Part shown: piece after piece, positions 12,301 to 23,899 of the stretch | Layout of the letters: every line of letters begins with the position of its first letter | Position numbering within the stretch: position 1 is the stretch's first letter | Assembly (NCBI RefSeq): GCF_018350175.1 | Contig: NC_058369.1 | Coordinates: forward strand, 12,030,001 to 12,094,000 | Length of the DNA stretch: 64,000 nt | Direction of reading: 5' to 3' | Origin: Felis catus | Taxonomy: Eukaryota | The notes under the pieces: model-generated | Told to the model about the DNA's origin: nothing | Database searches by the model: none | Seen by the model: only the letters and a program-made list of their open reading frames with translations | Program-made: the position numbers and the translations under genes

Positions 12301-12414
12301 GCCCTGTCCTCAAAAGCATCCAAACCGGAGACAGAAGGGTTGGCAGAAGCCCAGAGGGACTGGCTCCCTGAAGAGTACCTCACGCCGCCACCCTTTGCCC
12401 CTGGGTACTGTTAG
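6208..12414 (+). CDS. HSH2D: Hematopoietic SH2 domain-containing protein (HSH2/ALX), 360 aa; join(6208..6332,7756..7845,8867..9032,9471..9605,11848..12414)
   Basis: Spliced translation MNEAGKLPPPLPPRLDWFVQTQ..WFHGAISREDAESLLESQPLGSFLIRVSHSHVGYTLSYK..(SH2)..PEEYLTPPPFAPGYC matches recalled HSH2D. All introns are GT-AG, phases are consistent, total 1083 nt. Confidence 0.95.
6915..7175. mobile_element. hAT-Charlie MER33/MER3-like fossil DNA transposon
   Basis: Recognised motifs gtgagccacacgttgtaatttt..aagtaaaaagaaacaggt..ccacatttcaagtgctcagtagc. Confidence 0.6.
7756..7845 (+). CDS. HSH2D: HSH2D coding exon 2
   Basis: ttccag| DAESLLESQPLGSFLIRVSHSHVGYTLSY |gtaagg; contains the FLIR SH2 motif. 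Confidence 0.96.
8867..9032 (+). CDS. HSH2D: HSH2D coding exon 3
   Basis: ccgcag| AQSCCRHFMVKLLDDG..LLTQPCGQ |gtgagg. Confidence 0.95.
9471..9605 (+). CDS. HSH2D: HSH2D coding exon 4
   Basis: ccgcag| KDPENVDYEDLFLYS..VAPEE |gtatgt. Confidence 0.9.
11306..11657. mobile_element. MER58-like hAT-Charlie element
   Basis: Terminal inverted repeats caggggtcagcaaact ... agtttgccaatccctg. Confidence 0.7.
11848..12414 (+). CDS. HSH2D: HSH2D last coding exon
   Basis: tttcag| TSGRPILLHRPK..EATSSCPPKAPL..PPPFAPGYC* (TAG 12412-12414). Confidence 0.93.
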   Translation, partial: TSGRPILLHRPKGRRPSAKTSRDPKEEATSSCPPKAPLEEACQKLWRNFRMLPETGKRFQQQLKSHSAPVNLSSLRNAGPPALAHSSGARPGDTHWEDDVSTARFAATSLTSPAQSQDLRDGGDPSGKASRLASGSKVTPRVRSWHRVVMRALSSKASKPETEGLAEAQRDWLPEEYLTPPPFAPGYC

Positions 12415-12509
12415 AGCTTTGCCCTGGCTCTGGGACCCTTGCTGCCAGGGGCTGCTCACACCGGACCCCTGGTTGTCTGCCCACCAGCCCGCAGGAACCT
12501 GAAAAATGT

Positions 12510-12515
12510 AATAAA
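12510..12515 (+). terminator. HSH2D: HSH2D polyadenylation signal AATAAA
   Basis: Canonical hexamer ~95 nt after the stop codon. Confidence 0.8.
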
Positions 12516-13573
12516 GACATTGCTTGGGTCCGGCCCTGCCGTTGCCAGTGGGGTGACCTGGTTACTCGAATAGTAATTATCAGTTACAGCAAGGGGCACA
12601 GTAGGTGCCAAGTTCATGATTTCTTTTATACCCCCAAGCAGACCCAGCAGGTAGGCTCATGCTGCACACTTTAAAGAGGAGACTAAGGGTCCGAGAGGAG
12701 GAGAGGCGCGGCCAAGGTCACCCAGCTACAGGGTGTCAGCGTCTGGATTGGAAAGCTGGTCAGGTGGCGCCCTTTCCCCACGTCCCCTGCGTGTGGCTCA
12801 ATTCCAAGTACGTCCTCGTCTGTAAATGGAGCTGCTCACTCCCTCCTCCTGGGGTTCCCTGCCGATGAAGGAGGTGAGACTTGCAGAGGGCTTGGCCCAC
12901 GGTGCACACCCCAACATCGACATCAGCTCCAGGGGAAGCTTACGAGCCTCTTTCCTTTAAAGGAGGAGAGGAAGCCCGGGGTTGTGGCTCGTGGCGAGCT
13001 CTGGAGGAAGTCCCAGGTCACAGGGCTGTGTGACCTCTGGCAAGTCACTAGACCTCTCTGGGCCTGCGGGCTCATCTGGAAAATGGGGAGAGGCGCAAGC
13101 AGTCCCTCGTTCTCAGGATGAAGCAGCAGGATGCACAAGAAAGCTGAGACTTCGGCTCACGGAAGGTGCTTAGTAGGTGGAGGTTGGAGAGTGGGAGTGG
13201 GGTCTAGAAATGATGCATGTGGAAGGTCCCTGGGGGCGAGTCTCGATTGCAGGAATGAGCACTCTTTGGACTGACTGGGGCTATCGATGGGGCCCCAGGG
13301 CGACCACAAGTGGAGTGAGTGTGGGGCTTCTCAAATCTGCAAAGCGTAGGTGTCTGGGATCTGGGCACAGGTGGGCCTGGGTTCAAGGCTGCCTTTGCAG
13401 ACAACTTGAGGTGTGGCCTTGGGCAGATCACTCTGTTCCCTGAATGAAGGGTGACTGCTTCTCGGTCAGCCCCGCTGGGATGTCATAGGCAGCCGGTGCA
13501 ATGGCAGAGAGACAGGTGCCTCGTAAACTGTAAAGTACAGTGCCAGCCTCAGTGAATGACGTTGCTGCCATTT

Positions 13574-13599
13574 CCCCCCCCCCCCCCCCCCCCCCCCCC
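13574..13599. repeat. C26 homopolymer (G26 on minus strand)
   Basis: Directly visible. Confidence 0.95.
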
Positions 13600-14001
13600 G
13601 CCGAGGCCTCCTCTGGCAGTTCTAATCAGCAAGGAGTTAAAGCTTTGGTCCCCTTGAGAAACTCCAGGACTGGGGGGGGGGGAGGGGACTTGAGAGGTTG
13701 GGGGAAGGGGTCCACGTTGGGCAGCCCTGGGGTGAGATCGCGTGGACCTGACCTCCACATCTGGTCTCTGTCCACCGAGACTCATGACTACCCGGCACTT
13801 CCGGCCCTCACAGCGGACAGAGAGCTAGAAGTCAGTCCCTTTCCTGTGTAAATGGGGAGATCGAGGCCCACAGAGGGCGTAGCCACACCTGGGAGCCCAC
13901 ACAGTGAGGGCAGAGGTGAGATCTCAGGCTTCCTGTCTCCCATCCGGCAGGTTTAAGGTGCAAAATACATCCTCCAAGCAGATGTGACTCAGTGCCATGT
14001 G

Positions 14002-14007
14002 TTTATT
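14002..14007 (-). terminator. CIB3: CIB3 polyadenylation signal AATAAA
   Basis: TTTATT on +, ~82 nt downstream of the CIB3 stop. Confidence 0.8.
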
Positions 14008-14089
14008 CCCAGAACCCAGGGAGGCCGGATTCCACAGTGGAGTGATGGGTCACGCCAGCCTCCTCTGACCCGGCTTCTCCACGGTGCCC

Positions 14090-14111
14090 TCAGATGCGGA
14101 TGTGGAAGGTG
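14090..14111 (-). CDS. CIB3: CIB3 exon 6 (coding part)
   Basis: cag|C ACC TTC CAC ATC CGC ATC TGA = (S)TFHIRI*. Confidence 0.93.
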
Positions 14112-17100
14112 CTGGGTGCAAAGAGATATAGGGTCAGTGTCATCAGGCGAAGGGTTACCCTCCCTCATCGTTCCCCCAGACTCTCCCCGGCCGGGGGTCC
14201 CTGAGATAGGCAAGGAGCCATGGAAGGGGGGAGACGGATCCTCTCAAAAACCCCAGGCCGTGCCCCCCCCCACCCCCAGCTCCCACAGGGGCTGAAAGCA
14301 TATCTCTTTGGATCAGTTTACATCCCGGCTCCGCCCCAGACTTGCTATGGGACTCTGAGTGAGTGGCTGTGCCTTCCTGGGCTTCAGTTTACCCCTCCGT
14401 AAAATGGGGATAATAGCCATCCCTCCCGCATGGGGCTGTAATGAGGGCTAAGGGGGCGAATGCACAGGGAGCTGTCACACAGGGGTACCGTCCGTGGTAG
14501 GGCTCATTCAGGTGCCATTATCCGCCTCTCCGCTAAGAGACCAAGCGCGCTTCTCCAGGTAGAGGAAGGGGGCCCTCTGCGCACGTAAGGACACCGCCCA
14601 TAATAACAGCCGCAACAGCAACCACAGCACACATTGAGCACCTGCTGTGTTCCAGGCACGGCTCTCAAATCTTTCCCTGCGCTGACTCAGGGGTCAGCCA
14701 ACTTCTTCTGTCAAGAGCCACATAGGTGATATTTCCAGCTCTGCGCAACGGCTCGGCTGGGTCTCGTAGTTAGAAAGCGGCCGGAGACGGTACGTACACA
14801 TTCAGGCGTGGCTGTGTGCCAATAACACCCTTGATGGACACGGAAATTGGAACTTCCTATCCAGGTCATGTGTCACGCGGTATTACTATTCCTTAATCTT
14901 TCCCCCGCCATTGAAAACATGTAAAAGCCATTCTTAGCTCACGGGAGGTACAAAAACAGGTGGCTGGCCGTCCCCTGTATTCACTCGCTCTCAGCCCTCC
15001 GGTGGGGGGCTTTGATTCCGCCCAGGACTGCCAAGCACAGTTGTACCCTCTGCCCACTGCAAAATGTTCAGAAAAGTGAGGGTTGAAGACCAGCCATGTT
15101 CCATTCACCCAAAGAGCTGCGTCCGCCCACGGGGTGTGCCCAAGGGGTCCCGATTATCCCCATTTTAAAGATGCAGGGACTGAGGCCAGGGAGGCTGGGA
15201 ATGCTCTCTAAGATGACAGATGGACGAATGGAGGAACTTTCACAAACGGGGTCTGGGCTCTAGTTCTGTAAGAGCCCCTCTCAGACGTGGAAATCGCCAG
15301 GGAGGTCACCTGAGGAAGTCGGGTGCCCGCAGGATCATGTTCTGGAAGTCTTCCAGGGAGAGCCGCCCATCGTGATCCCCGTCGGCCTCGCCCAGCACCT
15401 TCTCACACACCAGGCTCACCTCCTCGGCGCTCAGCTCCCCCCGCGTCAGCTTGGTCACCGTCTGCTCCAGGTCCCACGCACAGATGTAGCCATCGTCGTT
15501 GAAGTCTGTGCCGCAGGATGGACAGGGATGTAGGGTGGGGGCTCATCTGGTGGCAGGCCTCTTGTCCCCACGTTACAGAGGAGGAAACTGAGGCAGCGGA
15601 GGGAACCCAGGACCCTGGGGCAATAGCTGGAGTCTTGCTTTAGAATATTGGGCAGGGACCTGCTTGGAGGCCATTCATTCACTCAACAAGTATTGAGGGA
15701 GTGCCTCCTATGTTCTAGGCACTGTGATAAATTTCCCTCCAACCAACAAGCTTTTATTGAGCACCTACTATGTGCCGGGCGTGCGAGACAGATGGGGAAG
15801 AAAACAGTTACGGCTGTGGCCCTTGGGTCTCATCAGAGAGAAGTCAGTAAGAAACGAACAACAGATCACAGGGGCGCCTGGTGGGCTCCGTCAGTTAAGC
15901 GGTCGATTCTTGATCTTGGCTCAGGTCCTGATCTCACGGTTCGTGAGACTGAGCCCCACAGCGGGCTCTACGCTGACAGTGCAGAGTCGGCTTGGGACTC
16001 TCCCTCCCCCTCACTCTTTGCCCCTCTCCCACTGTCTCTCTCTCTCCAAATAAATAAATACAATTTAAAAAAAGAAGAGAAATGAACAGATTATGAACAA
16101 GAAGTTAAGAAGCACTGCTTCATGCTGAGAGAGAAATAGGATGTGGGGCAGAGGCTGCTTTTGACCTAGACTTCAAGGTAAGAAAGAGTCAAGGGAAAGG
16201 TGTTCCAGGCAGAGGGAACAGCAGAGGCAAAGGCCCAGAGGGAGACCAGTTTGGCGTGAGGTCAGCAGGTACCAAGGTGGGCCAGGACGGGGCCATACAC
16301 GGCCTCGAAGCCCTGTGGCGGCAGGCAGAGCCCCCGGCTGGAGCCCTGGTCTGTTCCCACTCCCCACCCCCACGCTCCACCACCCCCGGGCCCTGCACGC
16401 ACCATAAATTTTGAAAGCATAGTAGGCTTTGAGGTCACGGGGAGCCATTTCGCTCATCACGGAAAACATGTCCAGGAAGTTGTCCAAGGTCATGTGGCCG
16501 TCCCCATCGTCAGAGAACACCTGGGCAATCCTCTGGCGGAATGGGTTGTCCTGGGGACAGGAAGCAGGGTGGCCATCCTTGACCAGGGTCTCAGGGCCCC
16601 AGGTGGAATCGCTCTCAGCACACACCTTCCTGAAACCTGCAAGTACCTCCCCACCAAGACTTCCTCCCTCTCACGGACCCAGGAGAGGACTTCAGGCAAC
16701 TCTTCTCTCTGCCCCTGAGGTCTGCGTGGCCTTGACCACCCTTCCGGCTCCAGACACAGCCACATGACCCGAGTGAGGCCAATCAGAGATCACCATCCAC
16801 TAGGAGACCCTGATTGGCTCTGGAGTAGGCAGGGTGACCCAAGCTGGCCAATCAGAGGCTGCCCTGGGATGTTTTCTGAAAGACGGGGATGGAGGTCCCT
16901 GCCTTCTGTTGGTTGCAGAGCTGACGGGAGGAAATCTGCGACCACTGGGGCTTCCCTCACTATCTCAAGAGGGTAAGCTGCCTGAGACTGAAGCCTCTTC
17001 CTGGAGGCACTGAGAGATGGAAGGAGATTCCTGAGCATGTTGAGACCCTGGTTCCAGCCATACCTGGTGCCAGCTCTACCCCTAGAGTTTTTGCTCACGT

Positions 17101-20099
17101 GATCCAATAGATTTTGTCCTTTATTTTTTAATTTTTTTAACGTTTATTTATTTTTGAGACAGAGAGAGACAAAGCATGAATGGGGGAGGGGCAGAGAGAG
17201 GGAGACACAGAATCCGAAACAGGCTCCAGGCTCTGAGCTGTCAGCACAGAGCCCAACACGGGGCTTGAACTCACAAATCGCGAGATCATGACCTGCGCCG
17301 AAGTCGGACGTTTAACCGACTGAGCCACCCAGGCGCCCCGTCCTTTTTTTTTTTTTTTTAAAGTTTATTTATTTATTTTTGAGAGAGAGAGTACAGTGGG
17401 GGAGAGGCAAAGAAAGAGAAGGAGAGAGAGAATCCCAAGCAGGCTCCACACTGCCGGTGCAAAGCCCAGCTTGGGGCTCGAACTCACAGACTGTGAAATC
17501 ATGACCTGAGCAGAAGTCCGACCCCTAACCGACGGAGCCACCCAGGCACCCCAAGATTTTGTCTTTCTTGAATGAGGTTTCTGTCCCTTGTGATAAGATC
17601 CTCTCTATTCAGTCACTCACCCCACGAGTCCCCTTCAGCATCACAAACTATGTGACAAACATCCAACTGAGAAGAACCTACGTCTTTAATGGCTCCTGCT
17701 ATGCAAAGCAGGACGGACATCCCCTGAGTCCCCGCCACGCTGTAGGCCCCGTGCCACACCCTTTACCTGCCTCATCTCATTTCATCGTTCCGACAACCCA
17801 GGTTCTGAATCCTGTCTCTCTCACATCCTAGCTGTGTGACGCTGACCAAGTGTCTTAACCTCTCTGAACCTCAGTTTCTCCATCTGCAAAATGCATCCGC
17901 TTCGTAGGAGTGCGGCAGGGGACCTGCTATTTTTCCCCCGCCTGCCCCCTGGCCTCGGCGTACCTTCAGCTCAGGCATGCTGCCGATGAGCTCGTAGGGC
18001 ACCTTCACATCAGGACAGCTGGTATAGTCGAGGGGGACGAGCTGGGGAGCCAGGTCCTGGTAGCGATAGAAAAGCCTGGTGTGGGGAGGGAAACATCGGC
18101 AAGGGCTGGGAGAGGGGCTGGGGAGGACGTGTCCCTTCCGTCTCACTCGTGCACCTGCCCACTACCCACTGGAGGACCCTGGGTCCCCAAGACTCATCCG
18201 CTCTGAGCCCAGTCCTCAAGCACACAGAGCCGAACACAGGCACTTCTACCCGCTGGGGACAGGGCCACAGTGGAGAGAGGGCCCCAGAGCTAGGGGAGAC
18301 TGGAGTGGGGACGCTGACACTGGGCTTTGAAGAACGCGTAGGGGCTCATTCCTAGGCAGAGGGGGATGGCAAGAGGGACAGCGCATCAGGCATTCAGAGA
18401 ACCTGAGCGAGTCTATGAATCTCTGGACATCATCACATGGTCGGCAAGACTCTGCCTCTAAAGACCCCCGTCCTCACATTTTCCTTCTCTGCCTCCATAA
18501 CGGGAGGGTCTCCTAAACGGGGCAGAGCCGAGACAAAAGGCCAATATTCAAGGTGGTTTTTTTTTGTTTTTTTTTTTTAATGCGTGAAAGGCATTTTGCA
18601 AAACAGCAAATGCCACCCGCACTGCCTGGATTGTGAGGCCAGCTCTCCACTCCAATGTCCTCACCTGCTGACGCCCTGCCTCCACTGGGGGCGCCACGAG
18701 CAGCAGCCTTGAGGAGACCATCCTTGATGAGCCAGAGGCCCCCAAGCTGCTAGGGTTTGTTTCCGGGGGGGAGACAGGAGCCCCTGGGTCATATGATGGC
18801 TAGGAACTCAAGGAGGGGGTATCTGGAGCGTCCGTTCCCTGTCTGGGTCCCCTCAAGGAACAGCCCGGGTTTGGGTTTCTGCATGGCCTCGAACATTCCG
18901 CTTTCACCTCTGAGCCCCAGTTATTCTGCTGACAAACAAGAAGCTTAGGGCAGGCGAGACGCCAGCCCTCACACCCCTCGCAGCTCTGCCCGTCTTGCAG
19001 AGCTGGAGTGGGCCGCCCCCGTGCGAGCCTCAGTTTCCCCATGGGTAATCTGATCGTGATGGCCAGGGTGACCCTGCGAGCTGTCCTCACCCAGACAATG
19101 GGGCTCACTGGTGAAAGGTGTGCCCATCAATAATGGATATCTGGTGCCCACACAATTGGGGCCTTGGCCCCGATCACTCTGTATCTGAACCCCGGCCGGC
19201 TAGGGTTTCACCGCTCCGAGTTCATGGGTTGGGGCCTCTGGACAATGGCTCCATGGGCTGAGCGGTCATGTGGGGTACCCACCAACCCGTCTCGTTCACG
19301 CCAGGGAAACTCAGCAGCCTCAGGCCACCCCCCCCCCCCCACACACACCCTTACATTGATTGACCTTCACAGCCCAGAGCCGACTCTGGACTCTGCCCCC
19401 AGGTTCCCAACCTCCAGTGCCAGGCTCTTCACCCTGGCCTCAGCGGGATCTTTCTAACGCGCCTTCTGACATCTTTCTAGCATCTTTCTGACATGCTGAT
19501 TCGTACCAGCCCCTGCCCCCCACCCCTGCTCACATACCTTCCGTGGCTCCCCATCACCCTTGGGAAAAGCCCAAGCTTAACAGCCTAGAGGCAGTATGTG
19601 ACAGTACGTGACAAGGCAGCCTAGTGACAGTATGACAAGATGTGGCTTCTCAGCCTCCCCATCCCCGCCTCCACCCACGGACCACGGCTGCAATCCCTCC
19701 CTTCACGCTTTAACCACCATAAAGCACCCCATTCCGCCCAATTACAAATATCACCCAGCAACGGATAGAAAGTTATTTCCAGGTCTTCCTCCCTTTCCCC
19801 CAGACTGACCTCATGATTTCCTTTCTTGTGAAGAAGGTGCAGTCCTGCGGAGAGAGATATTGGCTTGGCCCAGAGCCTGCCTCGGGGGCCCCCTTCCTGT
19901 CCCTCCCACTGCACCCCCTCTCTGCACGCCGATCTGTACCAGGAACCCTTGCCGACCGCACACCCAAGACAGATGATGCTGTCCCCATTCCTCAGGCCAA
20001 GAAATCAAGGCTGCCAAACCTGCCGAGGGCCCAGCGCATCACCCCTACCTGATATGCTTCCAGCTGCTCATGAGTGAAGACTGTCTGCTTGTTGCCCAT
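14090..20099 (-). CDS. CIB3: Calcium and integrin binding family member 3, 187 aa; complement(join(14090..14111,15310..15505,16403..16550,17964..18075,19810..19844,20049..20099))
   Basis: Spliced translation [90 protein letters not shown]. 564 nt, GT-AG introns, phases consistent, N-terminal MGN myristoylation-type motif and two EF-hand loops. Confidence 0.97.
14688..14980. mobile_element. MER58-like hAT-Charlie element
   Basis: caggggtcagccaacttcttctgtcaagagcca head; ggctgtgtgccaataa and aaaagccattcttagctcacggg motifs. Confidence 0.6.
15310..15505 (-). CDS. CIB3: CIB3 exon 5 (EF-hands)
   Basis: [65 protein letters not shown]. Confidence 0.97.
15871..16073 (+). mobile_element. CAN-SINE
   Basis: Head, body, (CT)n and A tail. 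Confidence 0.88.
16403..16550 (-). CDS. CIB3: CIB3 exon 4
   Basis: [49 protein letters not shown]. Confidence 0.97.
16755..17110. mobile_element. MLT1-like (ERVL-MaLR) LTR remnant
   Basis: gccacatgacc..ggccaatcaga..tgattggctc..gtgacccaagctggccaatcaga pattern typical of old MLT1 LTRs. Confidence 0.55.
17122..17552 (-). mobile_element. Two tandem antisense CAN-SINEs (about 17122-17339 and 17341-17552)
   Basis: Two full SINEC copies; outer TSD AGATTTTGTC at 17109-17118 and 17554-17563. Confidence 0.9.
17964..18075 (-). CDS. CIB3: CIB3 exon 3
   Basis: [37 protein letters not shown] |gtacgc. Confidence 0.97.
19810..19844 (-). CDS. CIB3: CIB3 exon 2
   Basis: cag| [11 protein letters not shown](R) |gtcagt. 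Confidence 0.96.
20049..20099 (-). CDS. CIB3: CIB3 exon 1 (coding part)
   Basis: ACCATGG Kozak context; [17 protein letters not shown] |gtaggg. Confidence 0.97.
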
Positions 20100-20680
20100 G
20101 GTGAAGGCCGCTGCCAGGGCTCTGGAACAAGCTCCCGAAGCCCCTGGTCTCCTCGGGGCCACACGGGTTGCCAGGCTGCTGCACATCAGCGTCTGGGCAA
20201 ATCTCCCTGCCCTGGCTGTCACCTGCCCACCCGCCCCATCACCCCCAGCCTGGGGGAGATCAAGTTACAGCCCAGCTCTCTGGGCAACAGCCTGAGTATG
20301 TCCATGGCCACCAGGACGAGAAGGACTGTGTAGGAGGTCACAGAGGAGCAGAGCACGTCTGCCCCCACTGGGTGAGGCTGGGGGCATGGGACGCCTTCCA
20401 GAGACAGGCAGCCTGATGGAAAGACTGCAGGCACACCCCAGCTCAAATACTAGCTCTCCACCCACTAGTTGTGTAGCCTTGGACAAGTCACCTGACCTCT
20501 CTAAGCCTCGTTTGTAAGAGGGGAGATGTATCAGTACCTAACTCATAGAGTCATTCTGAAGATCTAATATCATTAACGCAATCAAAACAATTTCTTTTGA
20601 CCATTGGTTAGAAGCCAGTTTTAGGCACTGGGAGCATAATTGGGTGAGCAAGCTAAATGAGGTCCCAAGATGTGCTTGGA

Positions 20681-20710
<30 letters not shown>
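20681..20710 (+). repeat. (GAT)10 microsatellite
   Basis: Directly visible. Confidence 0.95.
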
Positions 20711-20711
<1 letters not shown>

Positions 20712-21159
20712 TTATGGCTCAAGAAGAGTGATCCAAGGTGTAAGTTTGAGAAACAATTGGTTAAATAATACCAAAGAGAATTCTTTCTTTGCCGGACTTG
20801 TCAGAGCCCTTAGTATGCTAATAATCACCATGCATCCTCAACGGGTAAATACAACATAGCAGCTGCCAACCTTATTGGGACCCAGAGTCATCTTGGGCAG
20901 AACACCTGGGAGTCAAAAGCCCTTCGCCTGGTGCTCCATGCTCTTCTTGCTCTGGGTCTCGCCTGTCTCTCCGCTTTCTTCTCCTGCTCAGCCTTTTCTA
21001 GCTCCACAGCCCAGCCTCCCTGAACTGCTCTTGGATCTCCTCCCTCCAACCCCACCCCACCCCCACACTCTCCCTGGCCTGGACCATCACAGTTCTTCCT
21101 AGCGTCATCAACTCTCTTCCGTCCCAGTGTGTGAAGCCACCTGGTAGAATGGGACTATG

Positions 21160-23190
21160 ATAAGGCTTTAAAGACCCCCTTAGGATGATTTAAAAAAAAA
21201 AAAAAAAAACCTGACAATATCAAGTGTTGACGAGGGTGTGGAACAACTAGAAGTCATTAATTGCTGGTGGTGATGCAAAATGGTACAACCGCTCCAGAAA
21301 ATGGAGAGCTTTCTTAGATGTTAAACATGCCCTTACCCCGTGATTCAGCAATCCCACTCCTGAGTAGTTACCCAAGGGAGATGAAAATCTACGGGCACAC
21401 AAAAACCTGCTCATGCCCACAGCATGGAGAAAATACTTGCAAATTATATATCTGATAAGGGACTAGTCACCACAATATATAAAGAATTCTAACAAGTCTA
21501 CAATAAAAGGACAAATAGCCCAGATCAAAAAATGGGCAAAGATGGTTGGGGGTGGGGGTAGTAATAGATGGAACACAGAGGATGTTTACAGCAGTGAATC
21601 AACTCTGTATGATACTGTAATGGTGGACGTATGTCATTATACATTTGTCCACAACCATCGAATATACAACACCAAGAGTGAAGCCTCGTGTACACTTTGG
21701 ATGATATGATGTGTCACCGTAAGTTCATTGCTTGTAATGAGCGCACCACTCTGGTGGGGGATGTTCACAGTGGGGAGGCTGTTGATGTGCAGGGGCCAGG
21801 AGTATATGGGAAATACCTGTACCTTCTGCTCAATTTCATTGTGAACCTAAAACTGCTCTAAAAATAAAGTCTATTAAAACAAAACAAAACAGGTAAAAGA
21901 TTTGGGTAGACATCTCTCCAAAGAAGATATACAAATGGCAAAGAAGATATAGAGTAAGCATGTGAAAAGATGCTGAACATCACTGGTCATTAGGGAAATG
22001 CAAATTAAAACCACAGTGAGATACTACTCACACGCACTAGGATGCCTGTAACGAAAAAGACAGACAATAGCACGTGTTGACCAGGATGTGGGGCTACGGG
22101 AACCCTCACACACTGCTGGTGGGAATGTGAAATGATGCAGTTGCTTTGGAAAACAGTTCAGCGATTCTTTAAGAAGTTAAACACAGAGTTACCATGTGAC
22201 CCAGCAATTTTCATTCTGAGGTGGAGGGAAGTGAAGCTATATGTCCACATAAAAACTTGTGTGTGAATGTTCGTCACAGCATTGTTCATAACAGCCCCCA
22301 AATGGAAACAACCCAAATGTGAATGGATAAAGAAATTGTGGTTCCTTCATACAGTACAGTGGAATATTACTCAGCCATAAAAAGGAACGAAGCACTGACA
22401 CATGCTACTATGTGGATGAGCCTTGAAAACATCGTGCTAAGTGAAAGAAGCCAGACACAAAAAGGTCACTGTCATGTGTGACTCCACATGTATGAAACAT
22501 TCGGACCAGGCAAATCCATGGAGACAGAGAGCAGATTAGTGGTTGCCAGGGACCAGGGGAGGGCGATGGGGAGTGACAGCTCAAGGTGGGGGGAGTTTCC
22601 TCCCGGGGTGATAAAAATGTTCTAGAATTAGATAGTGGTGATGGTTGCACAGCACTGTGACTGTAATAAATGCCACTGAATTGCCCACTTAGAAGGGTGA
22701 TTTTTATGGTATGTGAATTACATCTGTTTCTAAAAATATTTGTATATGAAGAGTGATGGCAACTCTGTTTGTAATTACCCAAAACTGGGAACAACACAAA
22801 TATTCTTCACCTGGGAAATGGATAAAAAAAAACAAAACCAAACCTGGGGCCCGTCCATACAATAGACTCAGCCATAAAAAGGAATGAACTGTCGATATAC
22901 ACAAAATGAATGGACCTCAAATGCATCATGCTATCTGAAAGATTCAAGAGGCTACCTGCTGGATGATTCCATTTATATGATGTATTCAAAAGGACACAAC
23001 TATAGGAACAGAAAACAGATCAATGGTTGCCAGGGGCTGCAGATGGGGGAACAAGTGAATCTCAGGGGTGATGAAATAGTTCTAGTATCTAGTATGATTG
23101 TAGTGTTGGTTACATGACTGTATTTGTTTGTCAAAACTCATAGACCCGTACACCAAAAAAGGTGAGATTTTTGCATGTAAATACATTTTT
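21160..23190 (+). mobile_element. Stack of old L1 (L1M-type) 3' fragments
   Basis: Repeated L1 ORF2 C-terminal and 3' UTR motifs (gggaaatgcaaattaaaaccacagtgagatac, tgctggtgggaatgtgaaatg, cagcaatcccactcctgag, ggtgatggttgcaca). Confidence 0.8.
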
Positions 23191-23899
23191 TTAAATGAGG
23201 ACAATGACAAAACTAATTAGTAAAGACCTTGCTCCCCATGCCTCATGGTTGAAGTCCAGATTCCTATGCCTGACCCCATCAGACACTCTGTGATTTGGTT
23301 ATATGGCCCCTCCATCAACAGTTAGTTGTTGAGCACCTACTATGTCTCGGGTGCTGTCCTAGGTCCTGATAATACATCGGTGAACAAAAGCCGTGCTGTC
23401 ACAGAGCTCACGTTCCAGTGGGCAAGCTACCAAATAAATATGTGATTAGTCAGGAGTGCTAAGTTCCAGGAAGAAAAATAAAACAGGGCAGGGATAGAGA
23501 GATGAGGTTGGGCCAAAAAGATTGGGAAGGGAAAGCACCCCTGGTGATGTGATATTTGAGTAGTGAGGGGATAGTGCGTGGGAAGAGAGTCGCTGGCAGT
23601 GGGAAGAGCGAGTGCAAAGGCCCTGAGGCTGGAGTAAGTTTGACAAAGTTGGAGGAGAGCGAGAAGGCTGGCGTTGTGCAGGAGCTCAGCAAGCATTAAT
23701 TACAGCTAACAGGCTGCGTCTCTGACACCCAGCTCCAATGATGGGATTTTTTTTTTCTTTTTTGCATTTCCAAGAAGTCATTTCTCATGGTATAAGTAAA
23801 TTAATTCTATCTTTGTATGGATAAATTCCATCTTCATCACGATAAATAAGATGCAACCATCCCCCCCTTGCCATGTGGGATGTAGAACTCAGAATCATA

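Noticed and set aside
11844..12383. 179-aa antisense ORF over the HSH2D last exon
   Set aside because: It is a shadow of GC-rich coding sequence.
18678..18696. CCACTGGGGGCGCCA, CTCF-like
   Set aside because: It is one base short of the CCASYAGRKGGCRS core and aligns poorly, so it cannot be supported without ChIP data.
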